Assembly: GCA_964589355.1 (NCBI GenBank)
Contig: CAZPTG010000001.1
Location: 31-64,030 of the forward strand
Reading direction: 5' to 3'
Length of the DNA: 64,000 nucleotides
From: an uncultured Spirochaetaceae bacterium
GTDB taxonomy: Bacteria; Spirochaetota; Spirochaetia; Sphaerochaetales; Sphaerochaetaceae
Part shown: positions 33,162 through 42,805 of the stretch, in pieces
How positions within the stretch are numbered: position 1 is the first letter of the stretch
Layout: the number at the start of each line of letters is the position of its first letter
Made by a program: the position numbers and the translations under genes
Notes under the pieces: model-generated
The model's input: only the letters and a program-made list of their open reading frames with translations
The model's database searches: none
Told to the model about the DNA's origin: nothing

Positions 33162-33521
33162 ATGTTAAATAGGCAAATAAACGTATTAAGGACAGATGGT
33201 ACATGGGGTACTGCAGGTGTGAATGTTGATAATGTAGATTCTAAAGACTACTATACACGTACTCCAGAGTCTAAAGAGGAGAGGGACTATGTTAGAGCTC
33301 TTATAGCTGAAGACTTTAAAGCTAATAAACCCACTAAATCAGTAGGGGATAAACGTAAGCGTAGGTTTAATATTAGCTTCTCAGTTATTAAACCTTTTGA
33401 GCAAAAGGAGCTTATATACAGACATAGGAAGTCTTCAGATCTTAAAGTATACAATGATGGTACTTGGGACTATGATGCTGTAGAATCTGAAGATAAGAAT
33501 GACAAATACTTAGTTGAATAG
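33162..33521 (+). CDS. hypothetical protein (119 aa)
   Basis: ORF on the rightward strand. Confidence 0.55.
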   Translation: MLNRQINVLRTDGTWGTAGVNVDNVDSKDYYTRTPESKEERDYVRALIAEDFKANKPTKSVGDKRKRRFNISFSVIKPFEQKELIYRHRKSSDLKVYNDGTWDYDAVESEDKNDKYLVE

Positions 33522-33536
33522 TTAATAAATATTTAA

Positions 33537-33704
33537 ATGGGTTCAAATGAAGAGAGGGTCAAGGAGAGACTCAGGGAACTCAGCGATCTAAGGAAGAATA
33601 TAAGGAAAGCTGAAAAGGAAGATGCACATCATATAGCAGATGAATTCAAGAATATAAGGCGTAAAAAGATTGAAGAGATAAGGAGATTAATTACTAATAA
33701 ATAG
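33537..33704 (+). CDS. hypothetical coiled-coil protein (55 aa)
   Basis: Own translation gives MGSNEERVKERLRELSDLRKNIRKAEKEDAHHIADEFKNIRRKKIEEIRRLITNK. It fills the gap between neighbouring ORFs. Confidence 0.4.
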   Translation: MGSNEERVKERLRELSDLRKNIRKAEKEDAHHIADEFKNIRRKKIEEIRRLITNK

Positions 33705-33707
33705 GCT

Positions 33708-33941
33708 ATGAAAAGGAGAGGTAAAGAGCCTAAGGCAACAGATAGGCTTAAGATGCATGAAGAACTAGTTAGGGTAATGGAGTCTTTAGATGATCAAATA
33801 GATGAATACTCTAAGAATATAATGGGTTACCCAGAGACTATTTTTATGGATGAATTATATAAAGAATATGTGGCCTTTCTTACAAACCTTAATGAGCGAG
33901 TAAAAACAATACGTGAAATGTTAGTCAATGAAAGCATTTAA
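33708..33941 (+). CDS. hypothetical protein (77 aa)
   Basis: ORF on the rightward strand. Confidence 0.5.
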   Translation: MKRRGKEPKATDRLKMHEELVRVMESLDDQIDEYSKNIMGYPETIFMDELYKEYVAFLTNLNERVKTIREMLVNESI

Positions 33942-34278
33942 AAAGGTTATATCAAAAGACAAGTTGTATAGTGAATACGTTAAGATACTTAACGGCTTGT
34001 TACAGTTAACAGGTAAAGAAGCTGAGGTACTTTCTTTATTACTAGCACTGGAGAACAATCGTAGCAATGATGAAGAGGATATACTCAGTACTGAGAATAG
34101 GCGCTATATAATGAGTGAAATGAACCTTAAGAAATCTAACTTAAGCAAATACCTCTCCAAGCTTAAGTTTAAAGGTGTATTAAGGGAAGATAATAATGGT
34201 TATTATATTAACAGCCTATTTATACCAGATGTATCTGGTAATATAAGCGAGACAGTATTTATTTTAGATATGCAATAA
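33928..34278 (+). CDS. hypothetical protein (116 aa), possible winged-helix DNA-binding protein
   Basis: LTGKEAEVLSLLL...NLSKYLSKLKFKGVLRE resembles an HTH/wHTH segment. Weak evidence. Confidence 0.4.
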   Translation: MKAFKKVISKDKLYSEYVKILNGLLQLTGKEAEVLSLLLALENNRSNDEEDILSTENRRYIMSEMNLKKSNLSKYLSKLKFKGVLREDNNGYYINSLFIPDVSGNISETVFILDMQ

Positions 34279-34307
34279 GGGAATAAAATTAATTAAAATT
34301 TAAGGGA

Positions 34308-34577
34308 ATGTTTAAAAAAATTAAAGCAAGGTTCATATCATGGGTAAGAGATGTATTCGGTATGGACAAATTAGAATTAAAAGATATAGAAGATAGGGGA
34401 TTTGTATTTGTAACAAAGCAAGGTTCCGCTAGGAGGTTCTTAAGGGACGAACACAGCTTAAAGTGGAATACATTTAATGATACTATTACAATTAGGAAAG
34501 GTAAAGCATTAAGGCATTTTAGCGTTATAGAGACCCCCAGAGAATTAGATTGGGCGCTAGGTAAGATATTTACTTAG
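34308..34577 (+). CDS. hypothetical protein (89 aa)
   Basis: ORF on the rightward strand. Confidence 0.5.
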   Translation: MFKKIKARFISWVRDVFGMDKLELKDIEDRGFVFVTKQGSARRFLRDEHSLKWNTFNDTITIRKGKALRHFSVIETPRELDWALGKIFT

Positions 34578-34602
34578 GGGTAGAACTACTAAACTTTTGA
34601 TT

Positions 34603-34875
34603 ATGAAAGCATATATAGGTACAAAAATAGTATTAGCAGAGCCATTGAGTTTCAACCAATTCCAAGAAGCAGAAGGTTTTGAGACAAGGGCTGATACGGA
34701 TATGGAAGGTTATATGGTGGTTTATGGGGATGGATATAGGAGTTGGTCTCCTAAAGAAGTATTTGAACATGCTTATAGGCTTGTAACAGAAAATGAATCT
34801 ACTCATACTGCTGAAAATTTACCAAGTCATTTACATATATTTGACAGTTTGGAACAAAAAGAGTCTTTGGTATGA
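34603..34875 (+). CDS. hypothetical protein (90 aa)
   Basis: ORF on the rightward strand. The ATG at 34603 is preferred over the TTG at 34597. Confidence 0.5.
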   Translation: MKAYIGTKIVLAEPLSFNQFQEAEGFETRADTDMEGYMVVYGDGYRSWSPKEVFEHAYRLVTENESTHTAENLPSHLHIFDSLEQKESLV

Positions 34876-35159
34876 AAAAAGAGTTAATGAATAGTTTTAG
34901 CAAGGCATGGGATAACGATTATAACGGTAAAAAGTGTCCTGTATGTGAATCCCGTAGGGTAGTGCTACTTACTAATAAAGGTTGGTGGAATTATTATTTT
35001 AAATGTAAAGATTGTAACAGTGTAATAGAGTACTCTCATGGAGATAGTATGGGTGGACAGCCAGATGGTATATTTCTTTCAGATGGATATAAGATGAATA
35101 AAGATCTTAATGGTAAATACGGAAAAGAAATGTTATTAGATGAAGGAGAAGAGAGTTAG
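34872..35159 (+). CDS. zinc-ribbon hypothetical protein (95 aa)
   Basis: Has CPVC...CKDC. Forms an ATGA overlap with the upstream ORF. Confidence 0.5.
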   Translation: MKKELMNSFSKAWDNDYNGKKCPVCESRRVVLLTNKGWWNYYFKCKDCNSVIEYSHGDSMGGQPDGIFLSDGYKMNKDLNGKYGKEMLLDEGEES

Positions 35160-35370
35160 GAAGGAATTAGCTAAAAAATACAATAGGGATGTTAGAGTAA
35201 TAGAGGCTGTTACCAAGCATCCCTTTAAGTTTTTGCGTGATGTAATGGAACATCAGACTGACAATTATCCTGTTAGGATCACATACTTAGGGGCTTTTAT
35301 ACAGAAGGAGAAGATGAATAAAAATAAGTATTATTCTAAAACATTAGCTAAAAAAGTATTAAGAAGATAA
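35140..35370 (+). CDS. hypothetical protein (76 aa)
   Basis: ORF on the rightward strand. Confidence 0.5.
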   Translation: MKEKRVRKELAKKYNRDVRVIEAVTKHPFKFLRDVMEHQTDNYPVRITYLGAFIQKEKMNKNKYYSKTLAKKVLRR

Positions 35371-35445
35371 GGGTTATGTAACAAACATAACTGTGTACGT
35401 AACTTGAATGCTTATTAATACGTTTTACAGATAATATAACGTCCT

Positions 35446-36012
35446 ATGGAATTATTTGATATAGAGAATGATAGGTTAGTACTCAATCCCACAAATCTTT
35501 ATATACCACCTTTTAAAAAGATATGGGATAGGGACAAATCTAAAGGTAAGAGTAAAGCATACAATGAGATTGCTTATGTTACATTTCTTTGTAATATGTC
35601 TAGGAAGAATCCATACAATGCTTACTCTGATTTTGATAAAGATAAAAAGATAAGGGAAGATCTATTTGGTAGTCCCGATTGGGAGCCTAATAACTTAGTG
35701 CAAGAGGCTATAGAGAAGTATAATGAGATGCAGAAAACTACTAACTCTAGACTGCTGCAATCTGCTAAAAACGGTGCGCAGAAGCTAGCTAATTATTTTG
35801 ATAGGGTAGATTTTGAAGCTATAGACAATTATGGTAAACCTAAGTATTCAGCTAGGGACTATGCATTTAATCTTAAAGAAGTAGGCAATATAGTTAAGTC
35901 TTTGACACAGTTAGAGAAGCAAGTAGAGAAAGAACAGATGGAATTAAGTGAAGCTAGGGGTGGAAGTGAAATTGGTATATACGAGATACCTGATAAACAA
36001 TCATCAGAATAA
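35446..36012 (+). CDS. possible terminase small subunit (188 aa)
   Basis: Position only: it lies directly upstream of TerL and is stop/start-coupled to it. Confidence 0.35.
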   Translation: MELFDIENDRLVLNPTNLYIPPFKKIWDRDKSKGKSKAYNEIAYVTFLCNMSRKNPYNAYSDFDKDKKIREDLFGSPDWEPNNLVQEAIEKYNEMQKTTNSRLLQSAKNGAQKLANYFDRVDFEAIDNYGKPKYSARDYAFNLKEVGNIVKSLTQLEKQVEKEQMELSEARGGSEIGIYEIPDKQSSE

Positions 36013-39000
36013 TGGAAGATACATACGAAGTAAGGGTTAGAAAATTTAAAAATACTGATAAATTTAGGCCAGCTGCTAAGTATTTTGAAGAAAACAGCAT
36101 GTATACTGCAGCTCCCCCAGGTACTACAGAATATAAGCGTTATTGGGACAGAGAAATGAAACGTAGTACCGATGGCTTTACTGCTGAAGATGGTGATAGT
36201 ATTACAGGCTATCACTATTTTTATTTAAATTATTGCCCCATAATGAAAGTAGTTGAGAAAGAAGTTCCTGATGGTAGTGGTGGTACTAAGGTTATACCTA
36301 CTAGGGACAGGGGATTTCCAAATTTCTGGGACTATGATAAGGAGTATTTTGACGCAGTAGAAGAAGCAGAAAATAGGGGTAGTCATATGGCTGTGCTTAA
36401 AAAGCGTAGGTCAGGTTATTCGTATAAAGTTGCTGCAATGTTGAATAGAAATTTCTTCCTTATACCCGAATCGATATCTTATGCTATAGCCTCAGAAAAG
36501 GAATTTTTAACGAAAGATGGTGTACTGTCCAAGGCTTGGGATATGATGAGTTGGATAGATGATAATACAGCTTGGACTAAGAAGAGACAAGCAATAGACA
36601 CCAATATGCATAGAAGGGCTTCTTTCTATACTACTAAGGGAGGCAGTAAAATAGAGAAGGGATATAAATCTGAAATTATAGGTGTTACTCTAAAGAATGA
36701 TCCTCAAAAAGCTAGAGGTAAAGCAGCTAAACTAATTGTCTGGGAAGAATCAGGTAAATTTCCAAATTTGCTTCAATCGTGGCAGATAGCTCAACCTTCG
36801 GTAGAACAGGATGGTGTGGCTTTTGGTACAATGATTTCTTTTGGTACGGGAGGTTGTTTAACAGCTGGGAACAAAGTATTTAATAATAAAGGTGAATTAA
36901 TAAATATAGAAGATTTAGTTAAAAATGAAGGTATAATTGGTTTTGATGAAATGTCTGGTAATTATAGTAAAGAAGATATAGCTTATCAACAACCATATAC
37001 TGAAAAAGAAACTATTAAATTAACTACTGATTCTGGTAGAACAATAGAGTGCAGTACGGATCATCCTATTTATTCTCCAATATTTAAAGATAAAGGATGG
37101 AATAAATATCACAAAAGGCAGAATAGAAGAATAATAGGACATGACTGGAAAGAAGCTGGTAATATAGCTGAAGGTGATTTAATATCAGTTATAGACAAAT
37201 TACCAATATTTGGCGATAAAGAGGTAGAAGACGCTAGACTATTAGGCATGCTAGTAGGGGATGGTACTTATGGTAATAGTACTCCTAAATTTGCTAATTG
37301 TGACAAAGAGCTTTGGGATTATATAGATGATAATTATTCCAATGCTGTATATTTAGAGAGGGAAAATAAAGATAAGAGAATATATAAAGAAGCTGGTATA
37401 TTAAACTTTAATGATACTCTTAGATATCATGGTATATTTGGACAAACTAAATCTGATAAAAGATTGCCAAAAGATGTACATAAATGGAATAAAAAATCTA
37501 TTTCAGAGTTTGTTGCTGGATTGTATGATGCTGATGGGTATATAAGTTTTAGAGTAAATAATAAAAGAAAAGGTAAATATTTATCTGAAATAAGTTTGAG
37601 CCAAAATAATTTAGAGATATTAAAAGAGTTACAACTAATATTACAAAAATTTGGCATACATGGTAAATTAAGAACCAGGCAACCTAGAGATAATAATCCA
37701 AAAGATGTCAATGCTTGGCATGAATTTAATATCAGTGATTGTAGAAGTTTAACTTTGTTTGTTGAAAATTTTAATTTACTTATAAAAAATAAGCAAGAAA
37801 AATTAAATAATATTTGGGATTATAATAAAGACAAAAAACCCCAAAGAAAATATAATGGACTAAGGCATGAGAAAGTTATATCTATTAAACATACTGGTAT
37901 TAATCCTGTTTATAATTTAACAGCTTCAAATACTAATACTTATTTAGGTAATGGTGTAATTACGCATAATACAGAAGAGGCAGACTATTCTAGCTTAAAA
38001 GAGTTGTTTTATAAACCTAGGGCTTATAATGTTCTACCTATAAGGAATGTATGGGATGATGGTGCTTATGAAACAGCATGTGGCTTTTTTGTACCTAACT
38101 ATATGAATATGCAAGGCTTTATGAATGAGGATGGTAATTCCTCAATAGATGAAGCTATAGAAGAATCTAATAGGCAACGTAAGGAGGTAGAAGAGCATTC
38201 TGGTGATAAGAATTCTGTAGATAGGTATATTGCGGAACACCCAAATACGCCTAGAGAAGCTACCTTACAGTTGACTGGTAATATATTCCCTAAGAAAGAA
38301 CTACAGGCACAGAAAGCTAGGATAATGGGGGATAAGAAGCTGAAAAACTATAAACAGGTGGGTAGTCTTGAGTATGATGGGGCTGGTAGACTAAGGTGGA
38401 ACCAGCTATCTGGAGCTAAAGATATAGAGAAGTTTCCTTTAGATAAAAATGATAGCAAAGAAGGGGCTATAGTTATATGGGAGCATCCTGTTGAAGATCC
38501 TCCGTATGGTCTATATATAGCTGGTATTGACCCTTATGACCATGATGATTCTGGTACTTCTTCTTTAGGGAGCACTATTATATATAAAAGATTTCAGTCA
38601 TTTGAACAGTACTATGATATAATAGTAGCTGAATATACAGGTAGACCAGATACGGCTAATGAGTATTATGAAAATGTCTACAGGCTACTTAAATACTATA
38701 ATGCAAGGGCTTTATACGAGAATGAGCGTAAAGGTATGTACGCTTATTTTGCTAATAAGGGTGTTGATTATATGTTAGCTAATCAGCCTGATATTATACA
38801 TGACATTGTGCAAGTATCTAAGGTACAACGTAAGAAGGGTATTCATATGACTAAAGGTATAAAAGATTGGGCTGAACGAGAAATACGAGATTGGCTTAAT
38901 GAAGAATATTCACCAGGCCATAAGAATTTGGAGAAAATATTCTCATTACCATTGTTAGATGAGTTAATATCTTATAACGATAAGGGCAACTTTGACCGAG

Positions 39001-39152
39001 TAATTTCATTAATGATGGTAATGTTGTATAAAAAAGAATTACATAATGTACATGTTAAGGATAAGAAAAGGAGTGAGAAAACTATTGATAAGTTCTTTCA
39101 AACTAGGTTTTTCACTGAAGATAGAAAATATAATTTTAACCGGTTAAGATAA
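36012..39152 (+). CDS. terL: terminase large subunit, intein-containing precursor (1046 aa; 674-aa extein)
   Basis: P-loop-like KKRRSGYSYK, Walker B-like LIVWEESGKF and nuclease-type IAGIDPYDHDD. Followed by the portal-size gene. Interrupted by a Hint/LAGLIDADG block. Confidence 0.85.
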   Translation: MEDTYEVRVRKFKNTDKFRPAAKYFEENSMYTAAPPGTTEYKRYWDREMKRSTDGFTAEDGDSITGYHYFYLNYCPIMKVVEKEVPDGSGGTKVIPTRDRGFPNFWDYDKEYFDAVEEAENRGSHMAVLKKRRSGYSYKVAAMLNRNFFLIPESISYAIASEKEFLTKDGVLSKAWDMMSWIDDNTAWTKKRQAIDTNMHRRASFYTTKGGSKIEKGYKSEIIGVTLKNDPQKARGKAAKLIVWEESGKFPNLLQSWQIAQPSVEQDGVAFGTMISFGTGGCLTAGNKVFNNKGELINIEDLVKNEGIIGFDEMSGNYSKEDIAYQQPYTEKETIKLTTDSGRTIECSTDHPIYSPIFKDKGWNKYHKRQNRRIIGHDWKEAGNIAEGDLISVIDKLPIFGDKEVEDARLLGMLVGDGTYGNSTPKFANCDKELWDYIDDNYSNAVYLERENKDKRIYKEAGILNFNDTLRYHGIFGQTKSDKRLPKDVHKWNKKSISEFVAGLYDADGYISFRVNNKRKGKYLSEISLSQNNLEILKELQLILQKFGIHGKLRTRQPRDNNPKDVNAWHEFNISDCRSLTLFVENFNLLIKNKQEKLNNIWDYNKDKKPQRKYNGLRHEKVISIKHTGINPVYNLTASNTNTYLGNGVITHNTEEADYSSLKELFYKPRAYNVLPIRNVWDDGAYETACGFFVPNYMNMQGFMNEDGNSSIDEAIEESNRQRKEVEEHSGDKNSVDRYIAEHPNTPREATLQLTGNIFPKKELQAQKARIMGDKKLKNYKQVGSLEYDGAGRLRWNQLSGAKDIEKFPLDKNDSKEGAIVIWEHPVEDPPYGLYIAGIDPYDHDDSGTSSLGSTIIYKRFQSFEQYYDIIVAEYTGRPDTANEYYENVYRLLKYYNARALYENERKGMYAYFANKGVDYMLANQPDIIHDIVQVSKVQRKKGIHMTKGIKDWAEREIRDWLNEEYSPGHKNLEKIFSLPLLDELISYNDKGNFDRVISLMMVMLYKKELHNVHVKDKKRSEKTIDKFFQTRFFTEDRKYNFNRLR
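36855..37970 (+). mobile_element. 372-aa class 1 intein with LAGLIDADG homing endonuclease domain, inserted in TerL
   Basis: The N-extein FGTGG is followed by CLTAGNKVF. The intein ends GNGVITHN and is followed by a +1 Thr (TEEADY). Two dodecapeptide motifs are present, LLGMLVGDGTY and FVAGLYDADGYI. Confidence 0.9.
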
Positions 39153-39156
39153 AAAT

Positions 39157-41505
39157 ATGGCTACACATAACAACAGTGGGTCAGTACTACCTATACAAAA
39201 ATTACCACTTAGTCAAAAGGATAAAGAGTGGAAAGAATCCAATTTAGATTATTGGGTAGGGGTAGCTGCTATAGATGGCTCAGATGATATGGAATTGAAG
39301 ATAAAGTACGATTTGTATAATAGTAAATTCCACGAAAAAGATATAGAATACGTTATCGATCCTTATAAGACTGAGGAAGGATTTCCAGCTTCTCCCCAAA
39401 ATTATAATATAGTTAAGCCTAAAGTTGACTTACTTATAGGTGAAGCTTCTAAGAGACCTGATACATTTAAAGTTATTCAGACTAATAGAGATAGTAGTTC
39501 TGCAGCAGAGGAAGCTGCTAAGGAAATGTTATTTCAATCAGTAATTGGAAAGTTACAGTCTGGTGGAGGGGAAGATTCTGTAGAATCTATAACCCCTGAT
39601 AATATTCAAGATTATATAGAACAAGATTTTAGCGATATAGCTGAAATGACTGCTTATGGTACTCTTCAATATTTAAAGTCCAAATTGAATTTAACTGATG
39701 AAACTTTAAAGGGTCTCAAGGATGGTATTATAGCTGGTATAGAGATTTATTATAACGGTATAATAAACGGGGAGCCTATAGCTGAACGTGTTAATCCTGT
39801 AGGGTTTTATTATGATAAAAGCCCTGATATATATAGAATAGAAGATGGTGATTATGCTATAAGGCATATGTCAATGTCTCCAGCAGCTATATATGATAGG
39901 TTTTATGATTTGCTTAAAGAAAGTGATTATTTAGACAGGCTTATAGAGCTGTCTGGTGGACAACCTGCTACAGGTAAAGCTAGTGATGTTAACTATAATA
40001 AAGTTGTTTATAGAACTAATTTAGCTGATAATCCTAAAGATTTAGGGGACTCTGGTATTAATAATATAGATGTTTATCATGTAGTATGGAAGTCGTTTAA
40101 GAAAATAGGGTTCCTGACTTATATAGATGATGAGACTGGTGAAGAGATTGAAGAGACAGTAGATGAAACCTATAAGGTTAGTGAAGAAGAGAAACAGAAA
40201 GGTGCTGAAATAAAGTGGGAATGGGTTACTGAAGTATGGGAAGGATATAAAATAGGCAATGATATCTATGTTGGTATTGAACCTATACCTAACCAAGAAT
40301 TTTCAATAGATGAACCTAGTTCCAACAAGCTACCTTATATCGGTTCCGTATATAGTGATGATAACTCAGAGTCAACTTCATTAGTTGATATTATGAAGCC
40401 CCTACAGTACATGTATATTATTATTTGGTATAGACTTGAATTAGCTATGGCTCAGAATAAGGGTAGAATACTGAATATGGATATAACTCAAATACCTAAA
40501 AGTCAGGGCTTAGATATACAAAGTTGGCTTCACTACCTTAGTTCTTTTGGTGTAAACTTTATAAATCCCTATGAAGAGGGGTGGGATATACCAGGCAGAG
40601 AAGGCGGCCAAGCTGCTGCTTTTAATCAAATGTCTAGCGTAGATTTAACTATGTCAAAAGTAATAAGCGAGTATATACAGTTACTAGATAAGATTGAACA
40701 GATGGTAAGTGAGTTATCAGGTATATCTAAACAAAGACAGGGTTCTATATCTCAACGAGAGTTAGTAGGCAATGTTGAAAGATCTGTGGTTCAATCTTCA
40801 CATATTACAGAACCTTTGTTCTGGAGACATAACGATATAAAACGAAGGTTATATACTGCTGTACTTAATACTGCTAAGGTAGCTTGGGCTGATAGTGATA
40901 AGAAGAAACTGCAGTTTATTATGGATGATATGAAAAGATCATTTATTAATATTACTGAAGATTTCCAATACGCTGACTTTGATGTATTTGTAAGTAATTC
41001 TACTGAGGAGCATAGGAAAGTACAAGTTATGCACAATCTTGCGGAGTCCGCACTTAGCCAAGGAGCTAGTCTATCTGAAGTTGCAGAGATGCTTAAGTCT
41101 AACAGCATACCAGAGATTAATAATAAATTGAAGGATATAGATTCTGCTAGACAAAAGGCTAGTGAACAAAGTCAGGGGAATGAGCAACAAGCTGAACTTA
41201 GGAAGATTCAGATGGAACTTAAGCAAAAGTATAACGAGGATAGGATTAAAGAAGAAGATTCTATAAGGAAGGCTAGAACCGATATTGAAGTAGCTCTTAT
41301 TGGATCTGAGGATAAACAATCTGATTCTGGTTATAAGTCTGAATTAGATATGCAACAGTCAGAATTGAAAGCTCAAGAAGCTAGGATGAAACAAGAGAAG
41401 CTAGAAGAGGAGAAAAGGCAGAATAGAGTACAAGAAGAACTTAAGGGAAAGGAGCTAGAGCTGAAAGCTAAGCAAATGAAGAATAATCAAAGTAATAATA
41501 GTTAA
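39157..41505 (+). CDS. portal protein (782 aa)
   Basis: Size and position immediately after TerL. Has a C-terminal Glu/Lys-rich coiled coil. Confidence 0.65.
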   Translation: MATHNNSGSVLPIQKLPLSQKDKEWKESNLDYWVGVAAIDGSDDMELKIKYDLYNSKFHEKDIEYVIDPYKTEEGFPASPQNYNIVKPKVDLLIGEASKRPDTFKVIQTNRDSSSAAEEAAKEMLFQSVIGKLQSGGGEDSVESITPDNIQDYIEQDFSDIAEMTAYGTLQYLKSKLNLTDETLKGLKDGIIAGIEIYYNGIINGEPIAERVNPVGFYYDKSPDIYRIEDGDYAIRHMSMSPAAIYDRFYDLLKESDYLDRLIELSGGQPATGKASDVNYNKVVYRTNLADNPKDLGDSGINNIDVYHVVWKSFKKIGFLTYIDDETGEEIEETVDETYKVSEEEKQKGAEIKWEWVTEVWEGYKIGNDIYVGIEPIPNQEFSIDEPSSNKLPYIGSVYSDDNSESTSLVDIMKPLQYMYIIIWYRLELAMAQNKGRILNMDITQIPKSQGLDIQSWLHYLSSFGVNFINPYEEGWDIPGREGGQAAAFNQMSSVDLTMSKVISEYIQLLDKIEQMVSELSGISKQRQGSISQRELVGNVERSVVQSSHITEPLFWRHNDIKRRLYTAVLNTAKVAWADSDKKKLQFIMDDMKRSFINITEDFQYADFDVFVSNSTEEHRKVQVMHNLAESALSQGASLSEVAEMLKSNSIPEINNKLKDIDSARQKASEQSQGNEQQAELRKIQMELKQKYNEDRIKEEDSIRKARTDIEVALIGSEDKQSDSGYKSELDMQQSELKAQEARMKQEKLEEEKRQNRVQEELKGKELELKAKQMKNNQSNNS

Positions 41506-41516
41506 ATATTTTAGAG

Positions 41517-42773
41517 ATGGAAGAGTTACAGGATACAAGTAATTTGAATTATAAGGATTATGGGGATAAAGGCGACTTCCTGGACGGCTTTAAGCAGGTA
41601 TTCGGACTAGGCGATACTGGAAGCTCAATTTCTTCCCCCACTACCACTATAACTGAACCTACAGGCGGGGTGGCTCCGCCTCAACCTGAGGAATATAATG
41701 TAGAAAATGAGGATGAAAATGAAACAGGTGAACCGTCAGAAGAGGAACAGGAAGAAACAACTGAAGAAAGCTCAGAGGCTTCAAGCCAAAAGGGAGAAGA
41801 GGAGGCTGAGGAATCTGAGGAGGAACAGTCCGCAGAAGAAACTTCAGAGGAAGAATCATCTGAAGAATCTGAAGAGGGCGATGGCTCTCCAGAGGATAGT
41901 GAGTCAGATGAAGAAGAAATAGTAGATTCTTTCTTTGACCTATTTGCTCAAGAGCTTGGTTGGGATTATGAAGATAAAGATAAGCCTAAGTCTATATCAG
42001 GTCTTGTAGATTTTATGAATAACCTAGTAGACCAGAGTTCACAGCCTAATTTTGCTAATGAAGATGTACAGAAGATGAATGATTATGTGGCTAACGGTGG
42101 TAAGTTAGAAGACTATTTAGATGCATATAGTAAAGATACTAATCTTAGTGAAGTGGACTTGGAAGGGGATACTGAAACTCAAAAGAAAGTAATACGGGAG
42201 CAATTAAGCAGGTTAGGTTTATCTGAAGATAGTATAAATAATAAGATAGAAAGATACGAAGATACTGGTGTACTTTCTGAGGAGGCTACAGAGTCTCAGG
42301 AGTTATTGAAAAAGTATGACGAGAAGGAAACGGACAAGCTATTAAAAGAGCAGGAAAATCGACGTAAGGAGCAAGAACAGCAGCAACAAAAAGTAATAGA
42401 GGACGTAAAGGGGACTATAGATAGTATGAATACTGTCAAAGGCATTCCTCTAACAAAGAAACAAAAGGAAGATTTGAAATCTTACCTATTTGAGGTGGAC
42501 AAGGAAGGAATGACAGGCTATCAAAGAGATTATTCTAAGTCTTATAACAGTTTGATAGAATCTGCTTTCTTTACAATGCAAGGGGATGATATAGTTAAAT
42601 ATTTGCAAAGAAAAGCAAATACCGATGCTACTAAGAATCTTAAGAATAAGTTAAGCAAAGGTAAGAATAAAAGATCTAAAGGACAATCCTCAGGTAATTC
42701 AGGAGTTTCTGGAGGCAAAAATTCATCCTTAGATACGGTAAGAAGGTTATCTAAAATCTTGTCCGAAGGTTAA
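41517..42773 (+). CDS. scaffolding-like protein (418 aa) with E/S-rich acidic tract
   Basis: Lies between the portal and capsid genes. Has a long acidic low-complexity tract (EESSEASSQKGEEEAEESEEEQSAEETSEEESSEESEEG) and a coiled-coil middle. Confidence 0.5.
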   Translation: MEELQDTSNLNYKDYGDKGDFLDGFKQVFGLGDTGSSISSPTTTITEPTGGVAPPQPEEYNVENEDENETGEPSEEEQEETTEESSEASSQKGEEEAEESEEEQSAEETSEEESSEESEEGDGSPEDSESDEEEIVDSFFDLFAQELGWDYEDKDKPKSISGLVDFMNNLVDQSSQPNFANEDVQKMNDYVANGGKLEDYLDAYSKDTNLSEVDLEGDTETQKKVIREQLSRLGLSEDSINNKIERYEDTGVLSEEATESQELLKKYDEKETDKLLKEQENRRKEQEQQQQKVIEDVKGTIDSMNTVKGIPLTKKQKEDLKSYLFEVDKEGMTGYQRDYSKSYNSLIESAFFTMQGDDIVKYLQRKANTDATKNLKNKLSKGKNKRSKGQSSGNSGVSGGKNSSLDTVRRLSKILSEG

Positions 42774-42805
42774 GAAATAAAGTATAAATTAAATAATAAA
42801 TTGAA

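Noticed and set aside
31967-35159. Genome-wide TAG reassignment (code 15-like), as in some gut phages, as an explanation for the Hsp20 stop.
   Set aside because: Several well-delimited genes terminate at TAG (ends at 31967, 32864, 35159 and 48399). Very long ORFs are intact under the standard code.
41659-41922. Alternative-frame ORFs (41659-41859 -, 41707-41922 +) within the scaffold-like gene.
   Set aside because: They are artefacts of the GAA/GAG/TCA-rich repeat tract, which stays open in several frames.
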